Shown one piece after another: positions 45,602-57,140 of a DNA stretch of 64,000 bases. Origin of the DNA: an uncultured Desulfurococcales archaeon (GTDB lineage: Archaea > Thermoproteota > Thermoprotei_A > Sulfolobales > WANQ01). The notes below the pieces were generated by a model, which was not told where the DNA came from, ran no database searches, and worked only from the letters and a program-made list of their open reading frames with translations. The DNA lies in NCBI GenBank assembly GCA_964467535.1, contig CAYXRT010000002.1:119387-183386 (forward strand), in the 5' to 3' direction. The translations under genes and the position numbers were made by a program. How positions within the stretch are numbered: the stretch's first letter is position 1; the number at the start of each line of letters is the position of its first letter.

Positions 45602-46525
45602 TCAATGTTTTCTTCCTCTGCTAACCATGTAGATGGAAATTACAGCCATAAAGGCCAATATGCATGTAGATGCTGCCGAAATTTTTACTATGCCCGTTGG
45701 ATAAATGTTAATACAGTATTGCAGTACAATGATAACTAGTACAGTCCACAGTATATGTAGAGGGCAATAAGGGCATTTAGGTATCTGGGTACATACCTTA
45801 GCTATAGATTTATCTATCAAGCATAATTCTAAGTATGTAAATGCATACATAAGCATGTAGAAGGCTATTTCATATAAGAATACAAGATAAACTAATAGCA
45901 AGCTCTCGAGAAATAATCCATTAAGTCCATTTAATTTCATAAAACCTGCACAATAGATCATTATCTGGGAAAGATAATTAACAATAATTATTTGCGAATA
46001 ACGTTTTCCATTAAGAATATTATTGAGTATATGTAAATAGAAAAACCCTATAAGGAGAGCTATAAGAATTGGTACCATAAATTCTAGATTGATGTAAGCT
46101 ATGTTTATTGAGCCATAGATAAGGATTATGGATATCGTAATGAACGCTATTTGGAAAGCTCTAATGACATAAAACTTCTTTAGCGAAGTAATGAACTTTA
46201 TAAGGATTATCAATAGTATAGCTGCTACGCTTTTCGAAACAGGTATTAATCTACTAATATTTTCTACGGCTAATACTATGGCTAAGCATAGAGATGCTAT
46301 GATTAACGAGTATGTAACCATTAAGTAAGGTATATACTTAAATCTACCATAAGTTATATCGCTGAGTGAGAATGTAGTAGCATAATTTATAATACTTAAT
46401 ATGTTTAGTAAAAGGGTACAGGGAATAAATGAGGAATATATGCCCCCTTCTAGAGCAATATACAAGTACATATTGAACGCTATGGATATTATGTGTAGCA
46501 ATAAAACATGCTTATCTAGCTTCAT
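45602..46525 (-). CDS. Hypothetical polytopic membrane protein
   Basis: 307 aa, about 8 hydrophobic helices. A CTQIPKCPYCP motif lies near the C-terminal third. Confidence 0.5.
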   Translation of the reverse strand: MKLDKHVLLLHIISIAFNMYLYIALEGGIYSSFIPCTLLLNILSIINYATTFSLSDITYGRFKYIPYLMVTYSLIIASLCLAIVLAVENISRLIPVSKSVAAILLIILIKFITSLKKFYVIRAFQIAFITISIILIYGSINIAYINLEFMVPILIALLIGFFYLHILNNILNGKRYSQIIIVNYLSQIMIYCAGFMKLNGLNGLFLESLLLVYLVFLYEIAFYMLMYAFTYLELCLIDKSIAKVCTQIPKCPYCPLHILWTVLVIIVLQYCINIYPTGIVKISAASTCILAFMAVISIYMVSRGRKH

Positions 46526-46559
46526 GAAGAGCCACCATTCATTTTATCAACACCTCCCT

Positions 46560-46694
46560 CTATGAAGGTGTTTTTCTATGTCTTCTGCATTTTACTTCCT
46601 TATGCTTTTTCGATAAATAACCATAACTATATATCAATGGTACTATACTTGCTACTACGTATGTTGTAATATTAGCTATGATCTCTGCTATCAT
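46560..46694 (-). CDS. Small single-TM protein (44 aa)
   Basis: MIAEIIANITTYVVASIVPLIYSYGYLSKKHKEVKCRRHRKTPS, preceded by GGAGGTGA 5 nt upstream of the ATG. Below the ORF-track cutoff. Confidence 0.4.
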   Translation of the reverse strand: MIAEIIANITTYVVASIVPLIYSYGYLSKKHKEVKCRRHRKTPS

Positions 46695-46789
46695 TTTTAT
46701 CACCTCCAGAATAGCTCTATATGATTAGCTATAGGAGTAGGTTAAGCTATTTAAAATCGGGAGCTACGTAGGATACAATATCGTGTACT

Positions 46790-47464
46790 TTACTTTTGAA
46801 CTCTCTGAAGGAGTTCTAGAATTTCTCTTGTAGCTTTTCTAGGGTTATTAGACCTTACTATAGCTGAGCCTACAACAATTATCTTTGCACCTGCTTTAAC
46901 CATAGACTCTACAGTATACTTATTTAGACCACCAGCAACTGATATAGGTTTATTAATTCTTTCAGCAACTTCCTTGACTAGATAACATATATCTGCTATT
47001 GATATACCCTTAAGTTTTTGTACGTCGACACCTACATGCAATCCTATGACGTCTACACCTAAATTAACTAGTTCCTTAGCTCTCTTAACCACATTAACTA
47101 CGTACATTAGATCAGCTTGAATTAGGATATTATTCCTTCGTGCCTCTTCTATCGCCATAGCTATCGAAGAGTTATCTATAAATCCCATAATAGTTACAAT
47201 ATCTGCACCCGCATTAGCTGCCATTTGAACTTCTAAAGCACTTGCATCAACTATTTTCATATCGGCAAGGATTATTGCATCAGGAAACTCCTCTCTAAAT
47301 ACTTTAATGCACTTTATACCAGTACTCTTAATCAATGGCGTGCCAGCTTCAATTATATCAGCTCCAGCACTATATACTTCACTAGCAATTCTTAATGCCT
47401 CTTTAAGATCTGTTAAGTCGATAGCTACTTGAAGTAGCGGTCTCTTAAAATCAGGTCTTCTCAA
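46790..47464 (-). CDS. 3-hexulose-6-phosphate synthase-like (OMP decarboxylase superfamily)
   Basis: PLLQVAIDLTDLKEALRIA and ILADMKIVDASALEVQMAANAGADIVTIMG match the HPS/KGPDC pattern. The ORF is open to 47602, but that start would overlap pyrG. The TTG at 47464 is preceded by GGGAGA. Confidence 0.7.
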   Translation of the reverse strand: MRRPDFKRPLLQVAIDLTDLKEALRIASEVYSAGADIIEAGTPLIKSTGIKCIKVFREEFPDAIILADMKIVDASALEVQMAANAGADIVTIMGFIDNSSIAMAIEEARRNNILIQADLMYVVNVVKRAKELVNLGVDVIGLHVGVDVQKLKGISIADICYLVKEVAERINKPISVAGGLNKYTVESMVKAGAKIIVVGSAIVRSNNPRKATREILELLQRVQK

Positions 47465-47532
47465 TATTCTCTCCCATATAGGATTTTTAAGGCGAGAGAG
47501 ATTTATATCATTGAATGAACGTGTGAAGAAGT

Positions 47533-49152
47533 ATGGCAAAGTACATATTTGTAACAGGAGGAGTTTTATCAAGTGTCGGTAAAGGAATAGTAACGGCATC
47601 AATAGGCTTATTACTCAAGAGCCGAGGCTATAGCGTTACAGCAATAAAAATAGATCCATACTTAAATGTTGATGCAGGTACTATGAATCCGTATATGCAT
47701 GGCGAAGTCTTCGTGACTGAAGATGGGGGGGAAACTGATCTGGATTTAGGCCACTATGAGAGATTTCTTGATACTAATCTATCGAAGAAGAATAACATAA
47801 CTACAGGGCAAATATATCTTTCAGTTATTGAAAAAGAAAGAAAAGGAGAATATCTAGGAAGCTGTGTCCAAATAATACCTCATATTACAGATGAAATAAA
47901 GAAACGTATTAGAGAAGTAGCACGAGATAGCCAAGCAGATATAGTTTTAGTTGAAGTAGGGGGAACGGTAGGTGATATTGAAGGTCTTCCTTTCCTTGAA
48001 GCTATAAGGCAAATGAGGCTTGAAGAAGGATTCGAAAATTCAATGTTTGTTCATGTAGCATTAGTACCTATTCTTGAAACTACAGGAGAACAAAAAACAA
48101 AGCCAGTACAACATAGTGTTAAGGAACTTAGAAGGATAGGTATTCAACCAGATATTGTAGTTGCAAGATGTCGTGTAATGCTCGAACCAGAAGCCAAGAG
48201 AAAAATAGCACTATATTCAAACGTACCTTTAGAAGCAGTATTTACAAGCTATGACGTTGAAATAATATATGAAGTTCCCTTAATCCTTGAATCGCAGGGC
48301 ATGGGAAAGTACATAACACGAAGACTTGGACTAGAAAATAGGGAGCCTGATTTGTCTTCTTGGGAAAAGTTTATCGAGAAGCTCAAGAATGCCTCAAGAA
48401 GGATTAAGGTAGGTATGGTTGGAAAGTACACTAAACTCAAAGATAGCTACATAAGTATTATAGAAGCATTAAAGCATGCAGGTGCACATCTAAGCATAAA
48501 ACCTGTTCTTAAGTGGATTGAAGCCACAGATATAGAGTATGGCAAAATTAAAGTAGATGAAGTGCTCAGTGATGTTGATGCTATCATAGTATTACCCGGA
48601 TTTGGTGCAAGAGGCGTTAAAGGTAAAATAGAAGCCATAAGATATGCAAGGGAAAATAAGATACCATTTCTAGGGATATGTTACGGAATGCAACTTGCAA
48701 TTGTAGAAATAGCAAATAATGTAATAGGACTAAAGGGAGCTTCAACGACTGAAGTTGATCCTAATACGCCATATCCTGTAATAACATTACTTGAAGATCA
48801 AAAATACATAGAAATGCTTGGAGGTACGATGAGACTTGGAGCACAACCAATAAAGTTAATTAAAGGTACAATAACTCAGAAGCTTTATGGTGGAGCAGAA
48901 GTAATTTACGAAAGGCATAGACATAGATATGAAGTAAATCCCAAGTATGTAGATATACTTGAGAGCGGAGGCATAAGAATAGCAGGAGTCTACTTACTAA
49001 ACCCAGATATAGTTGAATTCATAGAGTATAAGCATCATCCATTTTTCATAGGATGCCAAGCACATCCCGAGTTTAAAAGCAGACCACTAAGACCATCGCC
49101 GCCATTTATAGGTTTATTAAGAGCAGCATTATTCAATAGGTATAAGGATTAA
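47533..49152 (+). CDS. pyrG: CTP synthase
   Basis: 539 aa. [40 protein letters not shown] and the glutaminase domain [15 protein letters not shown]. Confidence 0.97.
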   Translation: MAKYIFVTGGVLSSVGKGIVTASIGLLLKSRGYSVTAIKIDPYLNVDAGTMNPYMHGEVFVTEDGGETDLDLGHYERFLDTNLSKKNNITTGQIYLSVIEKERKGEYLGSCVQIIPHITDEIKKRIREVARDSQADIVLVEVGGTVGDIEGLPFLEAIRQMRLEEGFENSMFVHVALVPILETTGEQKTKPVQHSVKELRRIGIQPDIVVARCRVMLEPEAKRKIALYSNVPLEAVFTSYDVEIIYEVPLILESQGMGKYITRRLGLENREPDLSSWEKFIEKLKNASRRIKVGMVGKYTKLKDSYISIIEALKHAGAHLSIKPVLKWIEATDIEYGKIKVDEVLSDVDAIIVLPGFGARGVKGKIEAIRYARENKIPFLGICYGMQLAIVEIANNVIGLKGASTTEVDPNTPYPVITLLEDQKYIEMLGGTMRLGAQPIKLIKGTITQKLYGGAEVIYERHRHRYEVNPKYVDILESGGIRIAGVYLLNPDIVEFIEYKHHPFFIGCQAHPEFKSRPLRPSPPFIGLLRAALFNRYKD

Positions 49153-49470
49153 CCTTACCTCCCTAACATCAGTCTTACAAATCTTCTTAACACCTCTCTG
49201 TCCAGGCCTATAACTAGTCCTTATAAGACCTGCCTCTTCTAATTTCCTAATCTGAGCGCTAGCATTTGCCTTACTCTGCCCTATAATGTTAGCTATTTGT
49301 CCAACATCAGCTTCATTATCCATAAGGTATCTTAATATTTTAAGTCTTGTAGGTGAAGCTAAGGCCTGAACTACACGCTGAATATATTCATCTCCTATAA
49401 CAATCAATGTTCCATTCTCTTCATAAATTCCAGGTTTAGTCCATTTAATTTTATTACTTAGCTTAACCAC
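49129..49470 (-). CDS. ArsR-family winged-helix transcriptional regulator
   Basis: 113 aa. [48 protein letters not shown]. Its 3' end overlaps the pyrG 3' end by 24 nt (convergent). Confidence 0.8.
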   Translation of the reverse strand: MVKLSNKIKWTKPGIYEENGTLIVIGDEYIQRVVQALASPTRLKILRYLMDNEADVGQIANIIGQSKANASAQIRKLEEAGLIRTSYRPGQRGVKKICKTDVREVRLILIPIE

Positions 49471-49643
49471 AATAAACCACCTATATAGAATAGTTTAACA
49501 AGGGGATTATAAGACCTACTCTGAAAAGTAGTAACATAGAAAGATATCATTTAGAACCCTAATAGCATTGATTTTATATTTTCCTTATAAACCTTAAAGA
49601 ATAAAATGCTAGTTACATAGATTATCTTAATGGTTAACCGCTC

Positions 49644-50540
49644 TTGAAGATAGCATACATATATAGACAACTAAATGAAAGAGACTTCAAAGTATTATTG
49701 GCAATAGAGAAGTACATGCCTAGGTATGAGTACGTTGCAGTAGAATTAATAGATAGGGAAACAAGATTACCACCCAATATGCTAAATTACTCATTGCTAA
49801 AATTGAATAGGCTTAAATTAATAAAAAGAAGAACTGGGAGCTACATTGGATACTGCTTAACATATTTAGGCTATGACTGTTTAGCTCTTCGAAGCCTTGT
49901 TGAAAGAGGAGTATTAGCTGCACTTGGAGATAAGATGGGTGTTGGAAAGGAGAGTGACGTATATGAAGGTCTTACTCCAGCAAACGATAAAGTTATAGTT
50001 AAATTTCATAGAGCTGGAAGAACCAGTTTTAAACATATAAAAAGGGTAAGGACATATGCTACAGAAAGACCCGAATATTCATGGTTATTACAAGCAAAAA
50101 TAGCTGCTGAAAGAGAGTACAAGGTACTTGATGAACTCTATAAAGTTAAAGCCAGAGTTCCTAAACCTATTGGTAGAAGCCGTCATGTAGTTGTCACAGA
50201 ATTTATCGAAGGAATAGAACTATATAGATACAAAGACGCAATGGATCCTCTTGGGATGCTGAAGAAGATTCTCGAAACCATTAGGAAAGCATATTTACAT
50301 GCAGGCATCGTACATGGTGATTTAAGCGAATATAATGTTATGGTACAAATAGTAGATGATGAAGAAGAACCCTACATTATTGACTGGCCTCAATTTGTTG
50401 AGAAAGAACATCCTAGTGCAAACAGCCTTCTTGAAAGAGATGTGACCTACGTCATTAAGTTCTTTAAAAAGCGTTATGGCGTAGATATTAGTAGAGAGAA
50501 GGCTTTAAAGTATGTCAAGGGAGAATTAAATGAAATCTGA
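49644..50540 (+). CDS. rio2: RIO-type serine/threonine kinase Rio2
   Basis: 298 aa. An N-terminal winged helix, then GVGKESDVY and the catalytic IVHGDLSEYNVMV, IIDWPQ. Confidence 0.9.
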   Translation: MKIAYIYRQLNERDFKVLLAIEKYMPRYEYVAVELIDRETRLPPNMLNYSLLKLNRLKLIKRRTGSYIGYCLTYLGYDCLALRSLVERGVLAALGDKMGVGKESDVYEGLTPANDKVIVKFHRAGRTSFKHIKRVRTYATERPEYSWLLQAKIAAEREYKVLDELYKVKARVPKPIGRSRHVVVTEFIEGIELYRYKDAMDPLGMLKKILETIRKAYLHAGIVHGDLSEYNVMVQIVDDEEEPYIIDWPQFVEKEHPSANSLLERDVTYVIKFFKKRYGVDISREKALKYVKGELNEI

Positions 50541-52548
50541 AAAACAAAGAATAGTTCTAGGAGTCGACATCATATGTTATAGATGTAGAGATAATGTTCC
50601 ACATTATGCAGCTATTCTACTTGAAGGAGAAAAAGTCAAGCTTAAGTATGAAGACATAACCCTACATGGGTTAATCAGGTTATTATGGGAAGTAAGACCT
50701 CACGTCCTAGCTATTGATAATGCTCTAGAATTAGGAGGTGATGAAAGAAGGTTTACTAAATTTGTTAGAATGATGCCAGCAAATGTAAAGATAGTGCAAG
50801 TAACCTTATGGCCTGATGGGCTAATAGATCTTAAGGAAGCAGCAAGAAGAGCAGGTATAGATATAGGACATGGAAAGCTATCACCAAGTAGAACAGCATA
50901 TATTGCCGCATTACTAGCTTCTAAAGGTTATGGAACTGAAATAAAGTTGTATGAAGAAAAAACACGAATAATAATATCTAAAGCAGCAAGTATAGGACCT
51001 GGAGGTATGAGCCAAAATAGATACAAGAGAAGAATGAGAGTTTCAATACTGAATCTTACAAGAAAGATAAAGGAAGCCCTAGATAAACATGGAATAGATT
51101 ATGATTTAACATTTAGAAAGTCAGGTGGAGGTTTAGAATCAAGCGTCTTTACCGTTTATGCTCCAAGAGAAAAACTTTACGGCATAGTTAAACCTCTTGA
51201 ATCCCCATATATAAGAATAGAGATAGTACCTGTATTCAAGCCTAAGTTAGACTTTCTATCAATTATAAAGCATGAAGAAAAGAGTAGGCCAGTAATAGTA
51301 GGTATAGATCCTGGCATAAATGTTGGAATAGCTATTATAAACCTTGAAGGTATTCCCATAGCTGTCACTAGTGGTAGAAATCTAGATAGAGCTGATATAG
51401 CAAACTACATATTATCACATGGTATTCCAGTATTATTAGCAGTAGATGTAACTCCCGTACCTGATAATATCAAAAAGTTAGCATCTATGTTTAATACTAA
51501 TGTATACATACCCGACCAAAGTCTTAGTATTGAAGAAAAGAGAAGAATTCTTGAGGAGATAATAAAGAGGTATCCATGGATAAAGATAACAGACAATCAT
51601 CAGAGAGATGCCCTAGCTGCAGCCATTAGAGCATATAGAAGCTTTGAATCTAAGTTTAAGCAAATAGATGCTTACTTATCAAAAATGGGCTTAGATATAT
51701 CAGTAGAAAACGTGAAAGTAAAGGTATTAAAGGGTAAGACTATAGCTGAAGCAGTAGAAGAGGAAATAGCAAGGATATATGGTTACGAAGAAATAGAAGA
51801 AGAAAGAAAACCTGAAACTCAACCTAAGCAAAAAACTATAGATGTTGAAAGATATAGAGAAGAAATAAGCAGATTACTAAGAGAAAAAGAGATACTTAAG
51901 GATAAACTGAGAAAGAGTGAAGAGGAAAGGAAAAGGCTTGAAAGAGAAATAAACATTCTTAAAACAACATGGAGTAGGGAAGTAGCGGTAGATAGGGAGG
52001 TAGCTAGTCTAAAAGATGAAATAAGGAAATTAAGCGAAATAATAAAGAGATTAGAAGAAGAAAACAGTAAGTTAAAAACCGAGCTAAAAAGAATTGAATA
52101 TGCTCTCATTAAAATAATTAAAAATGAATTAATACCACTCAAGAGAATAAACATGTTAACCGAGGATTCATTAAAGAAGCTTGAAAAGACTATAGGATTA
52201 GTAGAAAACGATATAATTTACATCGAGAATCCTGGATTCTATACACTTGAAGCAGTTAAGATGTTAAAGGATAGAAAAGTACTGGCAGTAGTAATTAAAG
52301 ATGCTGATACGGGTAAGGGACTGATAGATGCAATTGAAAAGAACCTAATACCGGTACTTGATGCTAATAAGTATGTAATTGAGGTAGTAATGGATATTCC
52401 ACTTGCTAAGCCTAATATCGTAGATGACGCAATTAGGGCTAGGGAAGAGTTAAAGAAGAGAAGGATCGAAATTGAAAGATCAAGGATCTTATCCATTATT
52501 GAAGAATATAAAAAGATGAGGGCAAGAGAGTATTTTCAAAAGAATTAG
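50530..52548 (+). CDS. DUF460/COG2433-like protein (RNase H-fold domain + long coiled coil)
   Basis: 672 aa. [39 protein letters not shown] resembles a RuvC/YqgF-like nuclease core. Residues ~430-520 are K/E-rich coiled coil. It overlaps rio2 by 11 nt. Confidence 0.6.
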   Translation: MKSEKQRIVLGVDIICYRCRDNVPHYAAILLEGEKVKLKYEDITLHGLIRLLWEVRPHVLAIDNALELGGDERRFTKFVRMMPANVKIVQVTLWPDGLIDLKEAARRAGIDIGHGKLSPSRTAYIAALLASKGYGTEIKLYEEKTRIIISKAASIGPGGMSQNRYKRRMRVSILNLTRKIKEALDKHGIDYDLTFRKSGGGLESSVFTVYAPREKLYGIVKPLESPYIRIEIVPVFKPKLDFLSIIKHEEKSRPVIVGIDPGINVGIAIINLEGIPIAVTSGRNLDRADIANYILSHGIPVLLAVDVTPVPDNIKKLASMFNTNVYIPDQSLSIEEKRRILEEIIKRYPWIKITDNHQRDALAAAIRAYRSFESKFKQIDAYLSKMGLDISVENVKVKVLKGKTIAEAVEEEIARIYGYEEIEEERKPETQPKQKTIDVERYREEISRLLREKEILKDKLRKSEEERKRLEREINILKTTWSREVAVDREVASLKDEIRKLSEIIKRLEEENSKLKTELKRIEYALIKIIKNELIPLKRINMLTEDSLKKLEKTIGLVENDIIYIENPGFYTLEAVKMLKDRKVLAVVIKDADTGKGLIDAIEKNLIPVLDANKYVIEVVMDIPLAKPNIVDDAIRAREELKKRRIEIERSRILSIIEEYKKMRAREYFQKN

Positions 52549-53765
52549 AATAACATGACATCTCCTTTAACTATGAGCTCAGTAAGTTTAGTAATTTTAC
52601 TTAATTCCTCATTAACAATACCTTCTACTTCAGACTTCATTTCAGCTGTTAATGGTTTACGGTTTTCGGTTAGTATTTTTACATTTGCTACTAATGGATC
52701 ATCTATGGGTCTACCTATTTGACTTAATAACTGTACATATACTTCCCTAATGCCCTTAACTTCTTTATGTACTTTCTCAGCTATAGACTTAGCAATGATA
52801 TTGTATAGTTTACCTACGTGGCTTACTGGATTCTTTCCTGCTGTAGCTTCTAAGCTCATAGGCCTCATAGGAGTTATTAGGCCGTTAGCTCTATTACCTC
52901 TACCTGTAGCACCGTCATCTCCATGTTCAGCTGATGTACCGGTAACGGTTAAGTACACTATCCCCTTATCAGGTTTATCTGCAGTATTAACGTAGACTTC
53001 AACATCATAATCTGGAGCTAGTTTCGAAGCTATATTCAGTATTCTATTCTTAATCTCCTCTTTTACTGCGATATAGTGATCTATATCTGGTGTTAGATGA
53101 GATATTATTGCTGCAGCAATAGTTAATGTTATTTTCTTATTAACTCTTAAGCCCATTACTTTAATATCTTCACCTACCTCAGGTAATTCCTTTTTTACTG
53201 CTTGAGAATTTAGATAACGCTCAGTTTCTAAAACAAGTCTTTCAAGAGTAGATAGAGGTGCATACCCTATACCAAAGCTTGTATCATTAGCTAATGGCAT
53301 CTTCTTACTTAACTCAAATACGGCTACCAGATCAGCACTTCCCATGCCTACTTTATAATCAACAATAACATGTTTATCTGGATCTAAGTACCTAAAGTTT
53401 TTTCGAATCCAATCCTTTACGGCAGATACTATTATTGTCCCAACAGGTATTCTAATTATCTTACCTTCACTAATAACTTGTGTTGTAGCTCTACCAGAAA
53501 CGATGATATATATTGGTTGAAGGACTTCACCGCCACCAAACTTTGGATCAGCTTGACCTCCGACGAGTAACGCCTTGTCGACGTTATGGTGAAGTATAAT
53601 TCCAAGGTGTTCAAGATAGTATTTACATAGGGCTTTACTAGCTGATTCCGCTGCTGCATCAGCGATGTAATCTGGATGTCCAAGACCTTTTCTTTCAACC
53701 ATTTCCACGTTTAATGATTCAACAGGTTGCCAATGCACTGTTTCAATTACTATGTTACGCTTCAT
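52545..53765 (-). CDS. mat: S-adenosylmethionine synthetase, archaeal type
   Basis: 406 aa. [38 protein letters not shown]. Confidence 0.93.
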   Translation of the reverse strand: MKRNIVIETVHWQPVESLNVEMVERKGLGHPDYIADAAAESASKALCKYYLEHLGIILHHNVDKALLVGGQADPKFGGGEVLQPIYIIVSGRATTQVISEGKIIRIPVGTIIVSAVKDWIRKNFRYLDPDKHVIVDYKVGMGSADLVAVFELSKKMPLANDTSFGIGYAPLSTLERLVLETERYLNSQAVKKELPEVGEDIKVMGLRVNKKITLTIAAAIISHLTPDIDHYIAVKEEIKNRILNIASKLAPDYDVEVYVNTADKPDKGIVYLTVTGTSAEHGDDGATGRGNRANGLITPMRPMSLEATAGKNPVSHVGKLYNIIAKSIAEKVHKEVKGIREVYVQLLSQIGRPIDDPLVANVKILTENRKPLTAEMKSEVEGIVNEELSKITKLTELIVKGDVMLF

Positions 53766-53856
53766 TTTAGTCGCCGGTTTTCCTACCGCTACATTAATAC
53801 TATAACTTTTTCGTTCATTATTATTATTACACTGATTCCCTATAGGAATCTCTTAC

Positions 53857-54117
53857 TTATATTTGCTTAACCTGATGATAATCTAGACTTACAAAAAGTA
53901 TGTTACTACCCCTAATGAATACTCTTCCATATTTTGTTTTAGGTTCGTCGGATCCTTCATGAACTTCAACACAATCGCTTAGTATTAAGTTCATAGTATT
54001 ATCACTTAGCTCTAGCTTTCCTATGTACTCGCTTCCGTCCTTCAACTTGACCAGTACTACTCTGTTTATTGCACTTCTAAGATATTTTAATGGAGCATCT
54101 GGTCTCGAAGATGCCAA
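53857..54117 (-). CDS. Sm-like archaeal protein (LSm)
   Basis: 86 aa. Sm1 is [26 protein letters not shown] and Sm2 is [11 protein letters not shown]. Confidence 0.85.
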   Translation of the reverse strand: MASSRPDAPLKYLRSAINRVVLVKLKDGSEYIGKLELSDNTMNLILSDCVEVHEGSDEPKTKYGRVFIRGSNILFVSLDYHQVKQI

Positions 54118-54152
54118 GGCTTTTTACAACCCCCTTAAATATCTCTTGAAGC

Positions 54153-54764
54153 TTAATACCTTTTAAGTGCCTCATTGTGAGTGTGGTTGTGAATCAGGTA
54201 TTTAAGTGTTGAGGTTAATTTCTGCTTAGTGATTACATGGATGTAGTCTTTGCATTTACTTGTATATTGCAATTTTCTATTATCGTCATACTTTTTGAGA
54301 ATACTGTATATGATTAATCCATTATCCTTAAGCAATTCTCCTATGTATTCTATTACTTTAACTCCTTGTGGTAAAAGATCTAGGACTGTTATGAGGTAGA
54401 TCTTATTAAATGAATTAGGTCTGAAGGGGGGATACTCTGCATCGCCTTGTACTAGGTCAATTAGAGGAAGGAGATGCCTTCTTCTATTCTTAAATATGCT
54501 AAGCATGACAGTACTGAGATCTAATCCTACATAGTAAGTTAAATTATAATTATTGTAAAATAAATATTCTATGAAAAGACCCGTACCGCAACCTATATCT
54601 AAAATTACGTCTCCTTCACGGGGCTTAGCATACCTTGGTATATATTCATATTTTAGGTATTGTTCGTTTCCATATAGTTCATCATATGAAGGGGCTGTAG
54701 TATCGTACTTTTCCTTAACTTCTAGCTTTACTTTCCATAAAGTATGAGAGTAGCGTTCTCTCAC
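54153..54764 (-). CDS. Class I SAM-dependent methyltransferase
   Basis: 203 aa. Motif I is VILDIGCGTGLF. The start is uncertain; as drawn it overlaps nucS by 50 nt. Confidence 0.75.
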   Translation of the reverse strand: MRERYSHTLWKVKLEVKEKYDTTAPSYDELYGNEQYLKYEYIPRYAKPREGDVILDIGCGTGLFIEYLFYNNYNLTYYVGLDLSTVMLSIFKNRRRHLLPLIDLVQGDAEYPPFRPNSFNKIYLITVLDLLPQGVKVIEYIGELLKDNGLIIYSILKKYDDNRKLQYTSKCKDYIHVITKQKLTSTLKYLIHNHTHNEALKRY

Positions 54765-55524
54765 GACCTTTCCTAACCTCTTTAATCTCCTTCAACATGG
54801 ATCTAAGCTTTGATAAATTAACTTGCTTAAATTCAAGTCCATGAAGTTCTAAGAGCTGAAGAGCTGATTTAGTTATAGAGGGAGCAACTAGTATTCCCCT
54901 AACTTTTTTAATACCAATAGAAGACTTTACAGCATTAACGTATCGAGCTAATTGCTGTACAGCTTCTTTCGAAGCAGTAACTCTTTTCAATTCAATAACA
55001 ACGATATTACCTTTAGAATCTGTGCAATACATATCTATAAAACCTGGTTCAACAGGTTTCTCTATGCTAATAACCTTGAGTCCAGGTTCAATTAAGCTGG
55101 GGTTACGTACAAATACATCCCTCATTTCATGTTCATCAATATATTCTATGAATTCAGCTCTATCCTCAAGATCACGAGCTAATAATAATGAATAGATAGT
55201 GCTAATTTTAACTGTAACTATTTCTCTAGGTTTTGCTCTAATAGCTTTAATTGTTAGTAATTCATCAGAGCATTCAATATCAATATAACTTGATCCAGGT
55301 TGCCAATTTACAGGGGAGTACCCTGTAGGTCTATGAACAAGGAAGGCTAAATCTCTCTTAATAATTATAAGTCTATCTCCTTCACCAAGATACGAAGCCC
55401 CCCTACCTTCATATTCAACGCTACAACGTGCTAACATAATTATTAGGTTCTTTAACTTAATGTTTTCCTTAAGCACATTAGCATATTCGCAGAGACTCAA
55501 GTCATCGTATACCATTACCTTCAA
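54715..55524 (-). CDS. nucS: Endonuclease NucS (EndoMS)
   Basis: 269 aa. An N-terminal half-barrel region, then a C-terminal RecB-like nuclease core with IDMYCTDSKGNIVVIELKR. Confidence 0.85.
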   Translation of the reverse strand: MKVMVYDDLSLCEYANVLKENIKLKNLIIMLARCSVEYEGRGASYLGEGDRLIIIKRDLAFLVHRPTGYSPVNWQPGSSYIDIECSDELLTIKAIRAKPREIVTVKISTIYSLLLARDLEDRAEFIEYIDEHEMRDVFVRNPSLIEPGLKVISIEKPVEPGFIDMYCTDSKGNIVVIELKRVTASKEAVQQLARYVNAVKSSIGIKKVRGILVAPSITKSALQLLELHGLEFKQVNLSKLRSMLKEIKEVRKGRERTLLSYFMESKARS

Positions 55525-55599
55525 GTTCCAACCCAGGAGAGTTTTAATCTAACAAATTATATTTTACTAAGCATAATTAAGCGCTAGTGAGGCTAGAAA

Positions 55600-56487
55600 T
55601 TGAGGAAGCCTCGAATACAATTAATAGCATTTGACAGCTTTGGAGTAAGATCAATGGCGACGGTGATTGAGGTAAACGGATTAAAAATATTCATAGATCC
55701 AGGTGCATCATATGCTCCAAGAAGATATGGTTTACCTCCTCATCCTATAGAATTAGAAACCCTAGAAAAACTCATAGACACTATATGTAAAGATCTACAG
55801 GATTCAACTCATATAATAATATCACATTATCACTACGATCATTATCTACGTGGGGAAGAGTATAAAGAATTATATAGACACAAAGAACTATTTGTAAAGA
55901 ATCCCAAGGAGAATATAAATGTAAGCCAGAGGCTAAGAGCATATAGATTTTTTGAGAAGAATGGTGTTAAATCACTAGCTAAAGTGAACATTGCTGATGC
56001 AAGAACATATAGCTTAGATACAGGCATTAAGCTAGAGTTTTCAAAACCTGTACCTCACGGTGAGGAAGGAACTCCGCTTGGATATGTAATAATGACGTTA
56101 CTAGATGTTGATGGATATAGAGTAGTTCATACAAGTGACGTTCAAGGTCCAATAAGTGAGAGCACCCTTAACATACTAATTAACTGGAAACCACATATGG
56201 TAATACTAGGAGGACCTCCAACATATTTTGAAGGATTTAAAATAAGTAACGAATGTATAGTGAGGTCTCTTAATAATATGAAGAAACTAGTACATATGAG
56301 GCAATTAGAGGTTTTAGTAGTTGATCATCATAGCCTTAGAGACTTAAATTACAAGGATAAACTTAAAGAAGTATTTGAGTTAGGTTCTAGAATGGGGAAG
56401 AAAGTAGTAACAGCTGCGGAGTATATGGGCAAAGAACCTCAACCTCTAGAGGCTATGAGGAAAATATTATGGGAGAAATCGAAGTAG
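55600..56487 (+). CDS. Metallo-beta-lactamase-fold hydrolase (UPF0282-like)
   Basis: 295 aa. IISHYHYDHY is a His-rich metal motif. The start codon is TTG. Confidence 0.7.
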   Translation: MRKPRIQLIAFDSFGVRSMATVIEVNGLKIFIDPGASYAPRRYGLPPHPIELETLEKLIDTICKDLQDSTHIIISHYHYDHYLRGEEYKELYRHKELFVKNPKENINVSQRLRAYRFFEKNGVKSLAKVNIADARTYSLDTGIKLEFSKPVPHGEEGTPLGYVIMTLLDVDGYRVVHTSDVQGPISESTLNILINWKPHMVILGGPPTYFEGFKISNECIVRSLNNMKKLVHMRQLEVLVVDHHSLRDLNYKDKLKEVFELGSRMGKKVVTAAEYMGKEPQPLEAMRKILWEKSK

Positions 56488-57140
56488 CTATAGAACACTT
56501 AGAACCTAGGCTTTCAAAATGGATACTACTTGAATATAAACATGTATCTAAAATGGTAGGTAAAGAAAGATTGCATTTTACAAACATTATTCAAAGAAAA
56601 GACATAGAACTTCTAAGCAAATATGGAATAGTCCATAAGGAAAGTATAGTAAAGCTCATACATAAAAGTAAATGGGATAACGTATTAATCCTTGACCCAC
56701 GTTCAAATAAGTTGCTTGAACCCCAAGACTTTACAGGGAGACGAAACCTAGTAGTAATTGGAGGCATTATGGGAGATCACCCGCCAAGAGGTAGGACGTA
56801 CCAGTTATTAACGTCGAGGATTTTAAGGGAGAATCCAAGGAATGTCAAGGTTGTAAGTTTAGGCAAACATCAATTCAGTATTGATGGTACAGCATATATG
56901 GTTCTCCAAGTGTTTAAAGGTAGGAGGATAACCGAAATACCAATTGTCAAAGGAGTTAGTATAAAGTTAAAGGCCTATGTAAGAGACGCTGAGCTTGAAA
57001 TTTACTTGCCCTTTGCATACCCCTTGATTAATGGTAAACCTCTATTAACTCCTGGACTTGTAGACTATTTACGTCACGGAATACTAAGTGAAGAAGTAGA
57101 AATTATTGAGAAGTTCTTAAGAACAAGAGTGCTCACTTAG
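56469..57140 (+). CDS. Putative SPOUT-type SAM-dependent methyltransferase (PF04252/Sfm1-like)
   Basis: 223 aa. The N-terminal IEHLEPRLSKWILLEYKH and VVIGGIMGDHPPRGRT patterns recall the family. Memory-based. Confidence 0.45.
   Translation: MGEIEVAIEHLEPRLSKWILLEYKHVSKMVGKERLHFTNIIQRKDIELLSKYGIVHKESIVKLIHKSKWDNVLILDPRSNKLLEPQDFTGRRNLVVIGGIMGDHPPRGRTYQLLTSRILRENPRNVKVVSLGKHQFSIDGTAYMVLQVFKGRRITEIPIVKGVSIKLKAYVRDAELEIYLPFAYPLINGKPLLTPGLVDYLRHGILSEEVEIIEKFLRTRVLT

Noticed and set aside
46790-47602. Full 270-aa version of the HPS-like ORF
   Set aside because: The N-terminal extension would overlap the pyrG start by 70 nt and adds a non-homologous hydrophobic leader. I prefer the TTG at 47464 with its GGGAGA element.
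51819-52154. 111-aa minus-strand ORF in the DUF460-like gene; similar ORFs at 58234..58668 and 44363..45157
   Set aside because: These are S/L/F-rich mirror translations of K/E-rich coiled-coil or AAA+ coding sequence on the opposite strand.
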